Shown here: positions 19,615 to 29,657 of the stretch, in pieces
Layout: each line of letters opens with the position of its first letter
Position numbering within the stretch: the first letter of the stretch is position 1
NCBI GenBank assembly: GCA_963708985.1
Contig: CAVPUQ010000006.1
Coordinates: forward strand, 327,451-391,450
Length of the DNA: 64,000 bases
From: an uncultured Actinomycetes bacterium
GTDB lineage: Bacteria > Actinomycetota > UBA4738 > HRBIN12
Direction of reading: 5' to 3'
Program-made: the position numbers and the translations under genes
Notes under the pieces: generated by a model
What the model was told of the DNA's origin: nothing
What the model saw: only the letters and a program-made list of their open reading frames with translations
Databases searched by the model: none

Positions 19615-20505
19615 CCGAGGACTTCGATGCGGTCCCCGGTCGGCTCGATGCGGTGATCGCGGCGGTCCTCGGCATCCCGCGGGCCGAGGCGCAACGAGCG
19701 ATCGCAGCCGGAGGGGTTCTCGTGGACGGCGAGCGCAGGCCGAAGTCGACGCGTCTCGGCGGCGGCGAGCGGATCCGGGTCGACCTCGCCGGGGTCCGCG
19801 GGCTCGAGCCGGAGGGACCCCCGGTCGAGGTCCGGTGGCGCGACGATCACCTCGCGGTGGTGAGCAAGCCGGCGGGCATGCCGACCCACCCGACGGAGAA
19901 CCGCCGCTCGGGCTCGCTGGTGAATCGACTCATGGGCATGGGCATGCCCCTCGCCGAGACCGACGATCCCCTGCGGCCGGGGATCGTGCATCGGCTGGAT
20001 GCCGGGACGTCTGGGCTCCTCGTGGTCGCGCTCGACGAGCCCGCCCGGGCGGGTCTGGTCGCGATGTTCCGGAGTCACGCCGTCGAGCGCAGGTACCTCG
20101 CGCTCGTCCGAGGCTCGGTCGCGGACGAGCGGTTCGTGGTCGATGCGCCGCTCGGGCGCCGCGGGGCCCGGATCCGGCTGGATGCGATGAGCGGCCGCGA
20201 GGCCGAGACCGTCGTTCGAGATCTCGGAGCGATCCAGGCGCGCGACGCTGCTCGAGGCCGCGCCGCGGACGGGACGCACGCACCAGATCCGCGTCCACCT
20301 CTCATCGATCGGGCACCCGATCATCGGGGATGGTCGGTACGGCGGCGGGGGAGAGCTGGCGCGCGCGCTCGGGCTCGAGCGACCGTTCCTGCACTCGTGG
20401 CGGCTGCGGCTCGATCATCCCGTCACCGGAGAGCGGATCGAGCTCGAGGACCCGCTTCCGGCCGATCTGGCGGAGGCGCTGCGGCGGGTCAGGAGGGAGG
20501 TCTGA
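19611..20505 (+). pseudogene. rluD: RluA-family 23S rRNA pseudouridine synthase (RluD-like); one +1 shift as read (~20243)
   Basis: GTG 19611 overlaps the lspA stop. S4-like N-terminus, then HRLDAGTSGLLVVA. After the shift come [34 protein letters not shown]...FLHSWRL, with the stop at 20503-20505. Confidence 0.82.
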
Positions 20506-20513
20506 CCCGCCGC

Positions 20514-21641
20514 CTACCGACGGCTGCCCGCCGACTCCTTCAGGAAGAGCGCGTGCTGCGTCCTGACCTCCTCGCGGGAGGCCATGAGGGCGTCCTCGAC
20601 CTGGGGAGACAGAGCCCGTGACTCGATGAGCTCGGAGAGCTTGCGCGGGTCGACCGAGAGCACCCGCTCCCACAGCCCGAGCGGCTCGAGGATCGCGCGG
20701 ACCCTCTCGTCGACCGGCGCCGTGACGTGCTGTGGCCGGCGGTCGATCGCTGCGCCGTCCGAGCCGAACAGCCGCCGATACCCGTGCTCGTCGCAGAACG
20801 CGTTGATGAGCGCGGCGAGCTCGTCGATGCGCCGGTAGACCTCGCGGCCCTGGCGCTTCAGCACGATCCACTCGTCGACGATCTGGGTCATCCGCGGCGC
20901 CGGGTCGCCCTCGCGCTTCTCGTACGAATGTCGGTAGAGGGGGCACAGGGCCTGGAAATCGCACCAGTCGCAGAGCGGGTTCTGACGCGGCTCGAACTTG
21001 CCGGCCTCGATGCGCTCGGCGACGGTGACGATGCGGCGTCGAAGCTCGTCAGCATCGGCCTGGGTACGGACGGTCGTCATCCGCTGACCGGGGAGCAGGT
21101 AGTACAGGGTGAGCCGCTCGGGCTCGATGCCCCAGACCTCGCGCGCGGCCAGGTAGTAGACCGACAGCTGCAGATCCGCGTCGATCCGCTGCTGCGGCGG
21201 GAGGCGACGGTTCGTCTTGTAGTCCACGATCTCGTACCCACCGCCCGGGATGCGGTCCATCCGATCGATGACGCCCGACAGCTGGATGCCCTCGACATCG
21301 ATCAGGAAACGGTGCTCCATCGCCGCCGGGATCCGGTACGCGGCTGCGTTGTCGCGGTGGTACTGGGCGAGCACCTGGCGGCCGTGCTCGAGGTACATCT
21401 GCTCCTCCGAGACGTCGGCGTAGCCGTCGGCGACCCAGACCATGTCCAGCATCTCCTGGAGCTCCTCGAGCGAGGGGGCGACCGGGACCGGCCGGCTGTG
21501 GAAACGGTGGAGCGCCTGGTGGAGCGAGTCGCCGAAGGAGAGCGCCGGGGAGGGGCGCGAGGGGAGCCGCTCCTCGTACTGGAAGCGGTACTTCGCCGGG
21601 CAGGTCTCGTAGGTGTTGACGCTCGAGTACGACAGCCGCAT
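20514..21641 (-). CDS. PD-(D/E)XK nuclease, RecB/Cas4-like, with a four-Cys cluster (standalone)
   Basis: ORF 20514..21641. N-terminal SSVNTYETCPAKYRF. Catalytic GVIDRMDRIPGGGYEIVDYKT. C-terminal CDWCDFQALC. No cas genes or repeats nearby. Confidence 0.72.
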   Translation of the reverse strand: MRLSYSSVNTYETCPAKYRFQYEERLPSRPSPALSFGDSLHQALHRFHSRPVPVAPSLEELQEMLDMVWVADGYADVSEEQMYLEHGRQVLAQYHRDNAAAYRIPAAMEHRFLIDVEGIQLSGVIDRMDRIPGGGYEIVDYKTNRRLPPQQRIDADLQLSVYYLAAREVWGIEPERLTLYYLLPGQRMTTVRTQADADELRRRIVTVAERIEAGKFEPRQNPLCDWCDFQALCPLYRHSYEKREGDPAPRMTQIVDEWIVLKRQGREVYRRIDELAALINAFCDEHGYRRLFGSDGAAIDRRPQHVTAPVDERVRAILEPLGLWERVLSVDPRKLSELIESRALSPQVEDALMASREEVRTQHALFLKESAGSRR

Positions 21642-21725
21642 CCGAACCTTCCCCGTGACCTCGACGGTTGCCTCGGTGGTCCGGTCAGTCTATCCTCGGG
21701 TCCGCGAGAATCACAAGCCTGTAAC

Positions 21726-21745
21726 TTATCCACAGGTTTCCCACA
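21726..21745. promoter_or_regulatory. Two adjacent DnaA-box-like 9-mers in the nuclease/dnaE divergent intergenic region
   Basis: TTATCCACA (21726-21734) is a perfect consensus box. TTTCCCACA (21737-21745) matches 7/9. They lie 56-75 nt upstream of the dnaE ATG. Confidence 0.4.
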
Positions 21746-21800
21746 GCCGGGGGTGGTACGGGGACCTGGGGTCCTTCGGGGAAGGGATGCCCGGCCGCCG

Positions 21801-24800
21801 ATGGCTGAGAGCTTCGTCCACCTCCACACGCACACGGAGTACTCGCTGCTCGACGGGGCCGCGCGGATCGGTCAGCTGTTCGCCCGCGCAGTCGAGCACG
21901 AGATGCCGGCCCTCGCCGTGACGGACCACGGCGCGATGTTCGGCGCCCTCGAGTTCTACGAGGCGGGCCTCGCGGCCGGGGTCAAGCCGATCCTGGGGGT
22001 CGAGACCTACGTTGCGCCGGCCTCGCGGTTCGAGCGGGCCCCCGGAGAGAGCGAGGAGAAGTACCGCCACCTCACGATCCTCGCGCGCGACGAGCGCGGC
22101 TACCGGAACCTGCTGAAGCTCGTCACGGACGCGCACCTCGAGGGCTTCTACCATCGGCCTCGCATCGACAAGCAGCTGCTGGCGGAGCGGGCGGAGGGGC
22201 TGATCGGCCTTTCTGGCTGCCTCGCATCCGAGGTCGCGCAGCTCCTGCTCGCGGGCCAAACGGCGAAGGCGGACGAGGTCGCCGCCACGTACGCGGACAT
22301 CTTCGGCTCGGGCAACTTCTACGTCGAGCTCCAGGACCATGGGCTCGCCGAGCAGCGCCAGATCCTGCCCGGGCTCGTCGGGCTTGCGCGGCGGGTCGGG
22401 CTACCCGTCGTGGCCACGAACGACCTGCACTACACCGTGCGCGAGGACTCCAAGCCGCACGATGTGCTGCTGTGCATACAGCAGCAGAAGGTGCAGACAG
22501 ACCCGAACCGCCTGAAGTTCGACAGCGACCAGTTCTACCTGAAGAGCGCAGACGAGATGCGGGCGGTGTTCGCGGACATCCCCGAGGCCTGCGACAACAC
22601 CCTCGCGATCGCCGAGATGTGCGACCTGCGCCTCGTCTACGGCGATGCGGCGCCCGCCGAGCAACGGTTCCACGTCCCGAGCTTCGAGCCGCCCGAGGGG
22701 AAGGACCGCGACGCCTATCTGCGAGAGCTGGTGTTCGAGGGCGCCGAGCGGCGCTACGGGGACGTGACAACCGGGATCCGCGAACGGATCGAGACCGAGC
22801 TCGAGGTCATCACCTCGATGGGGTTCTCGGGCTACTTCCTCATCGTGTGGGACCTGATCCGTTTCGCGCGCGAGAGCGGGATCCGTGTCGGCCCCGGTCG
22901 CGGCTCTGCCGCGGGGTCGGTCGTGTCCTACTCGTTGCGGATCACCGACCTCGACCCGCTGAAGTACGGCTTGATCTTCGAGCGCTTCCTGAACCCCGAA
23001 CGCGTCCAGATGCCCGACATCGACATGGATTTCGACGAGCGCCGCCGGGACGAGGTCATCCAGTACGTGGCCCGGAAGTACGGGCAGGACCATGTCGCAC
23101 AGATCATCACGTTCCAGACGATCAAGGGGAAGCAGGGGATCCGCGACGCGGCCAGGGTACTCGGGTTCCCGGCCTCGGTCGGCGACCGTCTCTGCAAGAT
23201 GTACCCGGCCGCGGTGATGGGGCGCGACTACCCTATCGACCAGGCGCTCGAACTCTCGCCCGAGCTGAAGGACGCCTACCTCAAGGAGCCGGAAGCGAGG
23301 GAGATCATCGAGACCGCCCAGGCGCTCGAGGGCTTGCGCCGAGAGGACTCGGTGCATGCCGCTGGTGTGGTGATCGGCGATGCGCCGCTCGTCAACTACC
23401 TGCCGTTGAAGCTCTCAAAGGATTCGCGGGACGACTCGCGGCGGACCGTGACGCAGTTCGACATGCACGGGGTCGAGAAGCTCGGGCTGCTGAAGATGGA
23501 CTTCCTCGGGCTGAGGAACCTGTCGGTGATCGAAGACACGCTCGCACTCCTGCGCCGCAAGGGCATCGAGCTCGACATCGACCACGTGCCGCTCGACGAC
23601 GCAGCCGTCTACGCGATGTTGCAGAAGGCCGACACGACCGGCGTGTTCCAGATGGAGAGCGCCGGCATGCGGAGCCTGATCCGTGCCCTCGCTCCGGACC
23701 GCTTCGAGGACCTGATGGCGCTCGTCGCGCTGTACCGACCGGGCCCGTTGAACGCCGGCATGCACGTGGAGTACGCCGAGCGCAAGCACGGGCGCCGCAA
23801 GCTCGAGTACCCGCACGCCGACCTGGAGGAGATCCTCGCCGGCACGTACGGCGTGATGGTCTACCAGGAGCAGGTGATGCAGATCGCCGTGCGCATGGCC
23901 TCTTACTCGATGGGCGAGGCGGACAGCCTGCGCAAGGCGATGGGGAAGAAGAAGCCCGCAGAGATCGCGAAACACCGTGAGGGGTTCATCGAGGCCAGCG
24001 TCGCCAACGGCTACGAGCGCAGACTGGCGACGAACCTGTTCGACCTCATCGTCCCATTCGCCGACTACGGGTTCAACGCCTCGCACGCGTGCGCCTACGG
24101 ATACGTGGCCTACCAGACCGCGTTCCTCAAGGCGCACCACCCGGTCGAGTACATGTCGGCCGTGCTCACCAGCGTGAAGGACGACAAGGACCGCAAGCCC
24201 TTCTACCTGAACGCCTGCCGGCTGATGCGCATCGAGGTCCTGCCCCCCGACGTCAACGAGTCCGAGCTGGACTTCGCCCCGGCCCGCGCGGGCGAGCCGA
24301 GGATCCGCTACGGGCTGTCCGCGGTCCGCAACGTGGGGGCTGGAGCCGTGATGCAGATCATCGACGCGCGGAAGGCGAAGGGGGAGTTCACGACCTTCGC
24401 CGACTTCTGCCGCAAGGTGGACCCGTCCGTCCTCACGAAGAAGGTCCTCGAGAGCCTGATCTTGGCTGGCGCGTTCGACTCGCTCGGCTACGCGCGCAAG
24501 GCGCTGTCCGAGAATCAGGAGAAGGTCTCGGCTCCGATCGTGTCCGAGCGCAAGGCCGAGGCCGCTGGGCAGTTCTCGTTGTTCGGGGGCGGCGACCAGG
24601 CGGCGCGCGAGATCGACGAGTCGGTCCTGCTCGGCGAGGAGTTCGACAAGCACCTGCTGCTCAAGCAGGAGAAGGAGATGCTCGGTCAGTTCGTGACCGA
24701 TCATCCGCTGCTCGAGGTGCGTGACGCCCTGACCGCGCAGGTGGACATGGAGGTTCCCGAGGTCGTCGCGCTCGACGACGGTGACCTCGTGACCCTCGGC

Positions 24801-25382
24801 GGGATCGTGGGCGCGGTCGCTCGGCGCTACACGAAGAAGGGCGAGCCGTATGCCCAGTTCCGTCTCGAGGACCTCGCCGGCGGCGTGACGGTCGTCGCGT
24901 TCCCGAACGTGTACGAGCAGGTCCCGCACCTGATCGAGACCGACGCGATCGTGCTCGTGAAGGGCCGCGTGGACCGGCGTGGCCGCGGAGAGGAGGTGCA
25001 GATCCGCGCCGTGGAGGTTTCCGAGCCCGATCTCGGCGCGGGGACCGCGGCGGCGCCCCCCGGCATGCTCGTCGTGGACCTGCCGGCGGCGAGCTGCACG
25101 AGCGCCGTGATCTCCAAGCTGCGCGAGCTCCTCGGCGCCCATCCCGGGCGCACGCCCGTGAAGGTGCGGTTCCTGTCCTCCCAGGGCGTCACGCCCCTGG
25201 ACGTGGGCAGCTTCCGGGTCGATCCGTCGGCGGGGCTCCTCTCGGAGCTCCGCGGGCTGCTCGGAGCCGGGGGGGCCAGGCTCGAGGAGCGAGCCGCAGC
25301 CGGGGCTCGAGGCGTCGTCAGGGTCCCCGACGCTCCCGGAGCGCCCGCAGCAAGCCGGCCTCCTGCCGGAACGAGTGTATGA
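21801..25382 (+). CDS. dnaE: DnaE, DNA polymerase III alpha subunit
   Basis: ATG 21801 within ORF 20727..25382. PHP domain MAESFVHLHTHTEYSLLDGA. Pol III alpha core (DIDMDF, GLLKMDFLGLRNL, FNASHACAYG). OB-fold C-terminus. No frame breaks over 3.6 kb. Confidence 0.96.
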   Translation: MAESFVHLHTHTEYSLLDGAARIGQLFARAVEHEMPALAVTDHGAMFGALEFYEAGLAAGVKPILGVETYVAPASRFERAPGESEEKYRHLTILARDERGYRNLLKLVTDAHLEGFYHRPRIDKQLLAERAEGLIGLSGCLASEVAQLLLAGQTAKADEVAATYADIFGSGNFYVELQDHGLAEQRQILPGLVGLARRVGLPVVATNDLHYTVREDSKPHDVLLCIQQQKVQTDPNRLKFDSDQFYLKSADEMRAVFADIPEACDNTLAIAEMCDLRLVYGDAAPAEQRFHVPSFEPPEGKDRDAYLRELVFEGAERRYGDVTTGIRERIETELEVITSMGFSGYFLIVWDLIRFARESGIRVGPGRGSAAGSVVSYSLRITDLDPLKYGLIFERFLNPERVQMPDIDMDFDERRRDEVIQYVARKYGQDHVAQIITFQTIKGKQGIRDAARVLGFPASVGDRLCKMYPAAVMGRDYPIDQALELSPELKDAYLKEPEAREIIETAQALEGLRREDSVHAAGVVIGDAPLVNYLPLKLSKDSRDDSRRTVTQFDMHGVEKLGLLKMDFLGLRNLSVIEDTLALLRRKGIELDIDHVPLDDAAVYAMLQKADTTGVFQMESAGMRSLIRALAPDRFEDLMALVALYRPGPLNAGMHVEYAERKHGRRKLEYPHADLEEILAGTYGVMVYQEQVMQIAVRMASYSMGEADSLRKAMGKKKPAEIAKHREGFIEASVANGYERRLATNLFDLIVPFADYGFNASHACAYGYVAYQTAFLKAHHPVEYMSAVLTSVKDDKDRKPFYLNACRLMRIEVLPPDVNESELDFAPARAGEPRIRYGLSAVRNVGAGAVMQIIDARKAKGEFTTFADFCRKVDPSVLTKKVLESLILAGAFDSLGYARKALSENQEKVSAPIVSERKAEAAGQFSLFGGGDQAAREIDESVLLGEEFDKHLLLKQEKEMLGQFVTDHPLLEVRDALTAQVDMEVPEVVALDDGDLVTLGGIVGAVARRYTKKGEPYAQFRLEDLAGGVTVVAFPNVYEQVPHLIETDAIVLVKGRVDRRGRGEEVQIRAVEVSEPDLGAGTAAAPPGMLVVDLPAASCTSAVISKLRELLGAHPGRTPVKVRFLSSQGVTPLDVGSFRVDPSAGLLSELRGLLGAGGARLEERAAAGARGVVRVPDAPGAPAASRPPAGTSV

Positions 25383-25911
25383 GCCGCTCGAGCCGCTCCG
25401 CGGGCCCGGGGATCTCGAGCAGCGCCTGACGGTCGGGTACGAGGCCTGGGGTGAGCGCCGCGAGCACGTAGCTCATCGCGACGGGATCGGGATCTACCTC
25501 GAGCTCGCCCTCGACCCCGGCGATCTCGAGGAACCGAACCGCGGCCGCCATCGCGCCGGCCACGAGCGTCGCGTCCGCGGAGCCCTCTTCCGGGAACGGC
25601 TCGACCCGCCACCGGGCGTACGGGCGGTCCGAGACCGGCTCGAGCAGGCGGACCCGGTCTTCCGCGTGGACGTGGACCTCGTACGTGCCGTCGTCGGCGA
25701 GCTCGAAGTCGACCGGCGTGACCCGCACCCCGACGGCGAACGGCGCATACGTGCCTCCGACCTCCTGTCCGTGGCGGATGGCGGCGATCGCGAACGACGT
25801 CTCAGGAAGGATGTCCTCCATCATCCGCAGGTACCGCTCCTCGAACACGCCGAGCTCGAGGTCCCCGCCCGGGAACAGGACCGAGTGAAGGGCGAACAGC
25901 GGGAGCTCCAC
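25318..25911 (-). CDS. LON N-terminal (substrate-binding) domain protein
   Basis: ORF 25318..25911. The N-terminus MELPLFALHSVLFPGGDLELGVFEERYLRMM is typical of standalone Lon-N domain proteins. Confidence 0.75.
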   Translation of the reverse strand: MELPLFALHSVLFPGGDLELGVFEERYLRMMEDILPETSFAIAAIRHGQEVGGTYAPFAVGVRVTPVDFELADDGTYEVHVHAEDRVRLLEPVSDRPYARWRVEPFPEEGSADATLVAGAMAAAVRFLEIAGVEGELEVDPDPVAMSYVLAALTPGLVPDRQALLEIPGPAERLERLIHSFRQEAGLLRALRERRGP

Positions 25912-25957
25912 CGACGCATCGTCTCACGGGCTGCGAACGCCCGATACGCTGTGGCGG

Positions 25958-26674
25958 ATGGGCCTCGATGTGATCCCCGCGATCGACGTAGCCGGTGGTC
26001 GGCTCGCCCGCTTCACCCGTGACGGCACCGAACCGGTGGACGCTCTCGGAGGCGACCCGCTCGAGGCCGCGCGGTCGTTCGTCGCGGCTGGTGCCGGTTG
26101 GGTGCACGTCGTGGACATGGACCTCGCGATGACCGGCCGGCCGGCGAACACGCCGACCGTTCGCGCCGTCGCCGACCTGGGGGTACGGGTGCAGGCGAGT
26201 GGCGGTGTCTCCTCCGGACCCCAGGCCGACGCGCTCCTGTTAGCGGGAGCGACGCGCATCGTGCTGGGCTCGGCCGCGCTCGGCGACCGGGAGGCAACGG
26301 CGGAGCTCGTCTCGACCCTGGGCGAGTCGCTCGTCGTGGGGATCGAGGCCGAGGGATCGACGATCCGTCCCAGGGGCCGCGGGGCGCGCGATCTTCCGCT
26401 CTGGGAGACGCTGGAGTGGCTCGGCGGCCTCGACGTGAGGCGGTTCCTGTTCACGGAGGTTGGGCGCGTGGGGAACCTGGGCGGCCCGGACCTCGACGGG
26501 ATCTGGGCGATCGCGACCCACACGGGCCGTCCGGTGATCGCATCGGGCGGGATCCGTGGCCTCGACGACCTGAAGGCGGTCGCGGCGCTGGAGCCGGCGA
26601 TCGAGGCCGCGATCGTGGGGCGGGCCGCGGTCGAGGGTCTCGACCTCGCCGAGGCCATCGCTTCCCTCGGCTGA
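25958..26674 (+). CDS. hisA: HisA-family phosphoribosyl isomerase, probably PriA-type (HisA/TrpF dual role inferred)
   Basis: ORF 25958..26674. VIPAIDVAGGRLAR, WVHVVDMDLA, VQASGGV, VIASGGIRGLDDL, AIVGRA. Sits directly upstream of trpC-trpB-trpA. No other his genes lie in the window. Confidence 0.82.
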   Translation: MGLDVIPAIDVAGGRLARFTRDGTEPVDALGGDPLEAARSFVAAGAGWVHVVDMDLAMTGRPANTPTVRAVADLGVRVQASGGVSSGPQADALLLAGATRIVLGSAALGDREATAELVSTLGESLVVGIEAEGSTIRPRGRGARDLPLWETLEWLGGLDVRRFLFTEVGRVGNLGGPDLDGIWAIATHTGRPVIASGGIRGLDDLKAVAALEPAIEAAIVGRAAVEGLDLAEAIASLG

Positions 26675-26737
26675 CGGGGCGGGAGGGCCCGCGACCGGCG
26701 ACCGAGCCGCAGGGTGCGCCGGGTAGACTCCCGCGCC

Positions 26738-27505
26738 ATGGGGTTCCTGTCCGAGACCGTCGACGACGTGCGTCGGCGCTTGGCGCGGGAACCGCTCGAC
26801 GAGTCTCGGCTCATGGCGCTCGCCATGCGACTGCCGCCAACCCGCGGGTTCGCGGGTTCGCTGTGGTCGGCCCGCCCACCGGCCGTGATCGCCGAGGTCA
26901 AGCGCGCATCGCCCTCGGCCGGCCACATCGCCGAGACCGACCCCGCGGCGCAGGCGCGGGCGTACGAGGCGGCCGGCGCGGCTGCCGTCTCCGTCCTCAC
27001 CGAGGCCCGGCACTTCGACGGTTCCCTCGCGGACCTCCGAGCCGTGCACCTGGCGACCTCGGTGCCCGTGCTGCGCAAGGACTTCCTGATCCACCCCGCC
27101 CAGCTGATGGAGGCGCGGGTAGAGGGGGCCGACGCGGTGCTGCTGATCGCGGCGGCGCTCTCGGCAGACGAGCTGGCCGCCATGCTCGGGGCGGCCGAGG
27201 ATCTCGGGCTCGGTGCCCTGGTCGAGGTGCATGCACAGGAGGATCTCGACAAGGCGCTCGCGACTGACGCCAAGGTGATCGGGGCGAACGCGCGAGACCT
27301 CGAGTCGCTCGAGGTCGACCTCGACCGCGCGCTCGCGCTGCTCGAGCGCGTGCCCGGCGACCGGATCGCGGTCGCCGAGAGCGGTCTCACCGAGCGCGAG
27401 CAGGTCGAGCGAGCCGTCACGGCGGGCGCGCGCGCGGTGCTCGTGGGTGAGGCCCTGATGCGCGCCGCGGATCCCGGCGCGAAGCTCCGCGAGCTGCGAG
27501 GGTGA
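26738..27505 (+). CDS. trpC: TrpC, indole-3-glycerol-phosphate synthase
   Basis: ATG 26738 within ORF 26714..27505. [48 protein letters not shown]. Confidence 0.9.
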   Translation: MGFLSETVDDVRRRLAREPLDESRLMALAMRLPPTRGFAGSLWSARPPAVIAEVKRASPSAGHIAETDPAAQARAYEAAGAAAVSVLTEARHFDGSLADLRAVHLATSVPVLRKDFLIHPAQLMEARVEGADAVLLIAAALSADELAAMLGAAEDLGLGALVEVHAQEDLDKALATDAKVIGANARDLESLEVDLDRALALLERVPGDRIAVAESGLTEREQVERAVTAGARAVLVGEALMRAADPGAKLRELRG

Positions 27506-27509
27506 GGGC

Positions 27510-28709
27510 ATGAGCGAGGCGACGACGGCACCGCCCATGCCCGATCGCCGCGGTCGCTTCGGCGCCTTCGGCGGGCGCTACGTCCCCGAGGTGCTGATCC
27601 CCGCGCTCGACGAGCTCGCGACCGCGTGGTCGGAGCTCCGGGACGACCCGGCGTTCCGAGGCGAGCTCGACGGCTTGCTCCGCGACTACGTGGGACGGCC
27701 GTCGGCGCTCACGTTCGCCCCGCGCCTGTCCGCCGACACCGGGTACCGGATCTGGCTGAAGCGAGAGGACCTGAACCACACGGGCGCGCACAAGATCAAC
27801 AACACGATCGGACAGGTGCTCATCGCACGTCGACTCGGGAAGTCACGCGTCATCGCCGAGACCGGGGCCGGCCAGCACGGCGTCGCTACCGCCACCGCCG
27901 CAGCGCTCTTCGGCCTGCCCTGCGTCGTGTACATGGGTGAGGAGGACACACGGCGGCAAGCTCCGAACGTGTCCCGGATGCGGCTGCTCGGCGCCGAGGT
28001 CGTCGCCGTTACAGCCGGGCAGCGCACGCTCAAGGAGGCGATCAACGAGGCCATGCGGGACTGGGCCGGATCGGTGCGCGACACGCACTACGTGTTCGGC
28101 ACGGCCGCCGGCCCGAGCCCCTTCCCCGCGCTCGTCCGCGACCTACAACGGGTGATCGGCGACGAGGCGCGGCGGCAGTTCCGTGACCTCGAGGGCCGCG
28201 ATCCCGACGCCGTCGTCGCGTGCGTCGGGGGTGGGAGCAACGCGATCGGCATGTTCACGGCGTTCATCGGTCTTCCCGACGTGACGTTGTACGGGATCGA
28301 GGCCGGCGGCCGCGGCGATGCGGTCGGCGAGCATTGCCGGTCGCTCACGCTCGGCGAGCCCGGGGTCCTGCACGGCGCGTATTCCTACCTGCTGCAGGAC
28401 CCGGAGGGACAGATCGCGGCGACCCATTCGATCTCGGCGGGCCTGGATTACCCCGGCGTCGGTCCGCAGCACAGCTACCTGAAGGACGCCGGCCTCGCGC
28501 GGTACGACTCGGCCACGGACGCCGAGGCCCTCGCGGGGTTCCGAGCGCTCGCGAGGCTCGAGGGCATCCTGCCCGCGCTCGAGCCGGCCCACGCGATCGG
28601 GTGGCTCCTGCGACGTCCCTTGCCCGAGGGCTCGACCGTGCTCGTGTGCCTCTCGGGCCGCGGCGACAAGGACCTCGACACGGTTCGGGGAGCGCTGGCG
28701 GATGCCTGA
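27510..28709 (+). CDS. trpB: TrpB, tryptophan synthase beta chain
   Basis: ORF 27510..28709. [16 protein letters not shown] (PLP lysine motif), [20 protein letters not shown]. Confidence 0.96.
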   Translation: MSEATTAPPMPDRRGRFGAFGGRYVPEVLIPALDELATAWSELRDDPAFRGELDGLLRDYVGRPSALTFAPRLSADTGYRIWLKREDLNHTGAHKINNTIGQVLIARRLGKSRVIAETGAGQHGVATATAAALFGLPCVVYMGEEDTRRQAPNVSRMRLLGAEVVAVTAGQRTLKEAINEAMRDWAGSVRDTHYVFGTAAGPSPFPALVRDLQRVIGDEARRQFRDLEGRDPDAVVACVGGGSNAIGMFTAFIGLPDVTLYGIEAGGRGDAVGEHCRSLTLGEPGVLHGAYSYLLQDPEGQIAATHSISAGLDYPGVGPQHSYLKDAGLARYDSATDAEALAGFRALARLEGILPALEPAHAIGWLLRRPLPEGSTVLVCLSGRGDKDLDTVRGALADA

Positions 28710-29477
28710 GCTCGAGGCGGCGCTGCGGGCTCGTTCGCGAGGCTGGAGGGCACGCGTTCGTCCCGTACGTGACCGGCGGACTTCCCGGCGTGGACGCCGG
28801 GTTGCTCCGCGGGCTCGAGACGGCCGGGGCCGACGCGATCGAGGTGGGGATCCCGTTCTCCGACCCGGTGATGGACGGTGGCGTGATCCAGGAGGCCTCG
28901 CGCCTGGCCCTCGAGGCTGGGACGCGACCGGCCGACGTGCTCGGCACGATCGCCGAGGCGCGTCTTTCCGTCCCGGTGGTCGCGATGACCTACTACAACC
29001 CGGTGCTCCGGCACGGCGAGGAGCGCTTCGCGGCCGAGGCCACGGCCGCGGGTGTCCGCGGGGCGATCGTGCCCGACCTGCCGGTGGACGAGGCCGAGAG
29101 CTGGATCGAGCGGTGCGCCGCGGCGGGGTCGCGCCGGTGCTTCCTCGCGTCGCCGGGCTCGTCGGCCGAGCGCTACCGAGCCGTCGCCTCCGCAGCCCAC
29201 GGGTTCGTGTACTGCGTCGCCACCTACGGCGTGACAGGGGAGCGGGACGCAGCTCTCGGGGACCGCCGAGGAGGTCGTCGAGGCGCTCCGTACCCTCACG
29301 GACGTGCCCCTCCTGGTCGGGGTGGGCATCGGCACGCCCGGGCAGGCGGCCGAGGCGTGCACGTTCGCCGACGGCGTCATCGTGGGCAGCGCGATCGTCC
29401 GGCGGCTGCTCGAGGGCGACCGCGAGGGTGCTCTCGAGCTCGCCCACGGGTTCCGGGCGGCCGTACCCATCGGCTGA
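28702..29477 (+). pseudogene. trpA: TrpA, tryptophan synthase alpha chain; two +1 shifts as read (~28732, ~29252)
   Basis: ATG 28702 overlaps the trpB end. [10 protein letters not shown] is in frame 1. VREAGGHAFVPYVTGGLPG...IEVGIPFSDPVMDGGVIQ...YCVATYGVTGERDA is in frame 2 (inside ORF 28220..29512). LSGTAEEVVEALRTLTDVPLLVGVGIGTPGQA...GSAIV is in frame 3, with the stop at 29475-29477. Confidence 0.9.
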
Positions 29478-29657
29478 TCGCGGTCAGTCCGGCGAGGGTC
29501 ATCCGTGCGTAGGTACTGGACAAGCGCGGCCGGGCTGGCCTGATCGGGCCAGATGTGCTATCTAACCGCGCATCGAACGGGGAGGTGGGGGATCCCGCCG
29601 GGGAGATGTCTCGTTCGCATCGGAGGGGGACGGAAGGTCCACCAGAAGGGGGGGTAC

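Noticed and set aside
20514-21641. The Cas4-like four-Cys PD-(D/E)XK nuclease as a marker of a CRISPR-Cas or other defence locus.
   Set aside because: There is no repeat array, no cas genes and no other defence genes in the flanks. It sits in conserved housekeeping synteny next to dnaE, so it is probably a standalone repair nuclease.
20727-21800. The dnaE ORF extends about 358 codons upstream of ATG 21801.
   Set aside because: The extension runs antisense through the PD-(D/E)XK nuclease gene and the intergenic region. The PHP-domain N-terminus MAESFVHLHTHTEYS begins exactly at ATG 21801.
25318-25382. The 65-nt convergent overlap of the dnaE 3' end with the Lon-N-domain gene as evidence of a missed dnaE stop or shift.
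   Set aside because: The DnaE length (about 1193 aa) is normal for the family, and its C-terminal residues are poorly conserved. Short convergent overlaps are common in compact GC-rich genomes, so the evidence is insufficient to call an anomaly.
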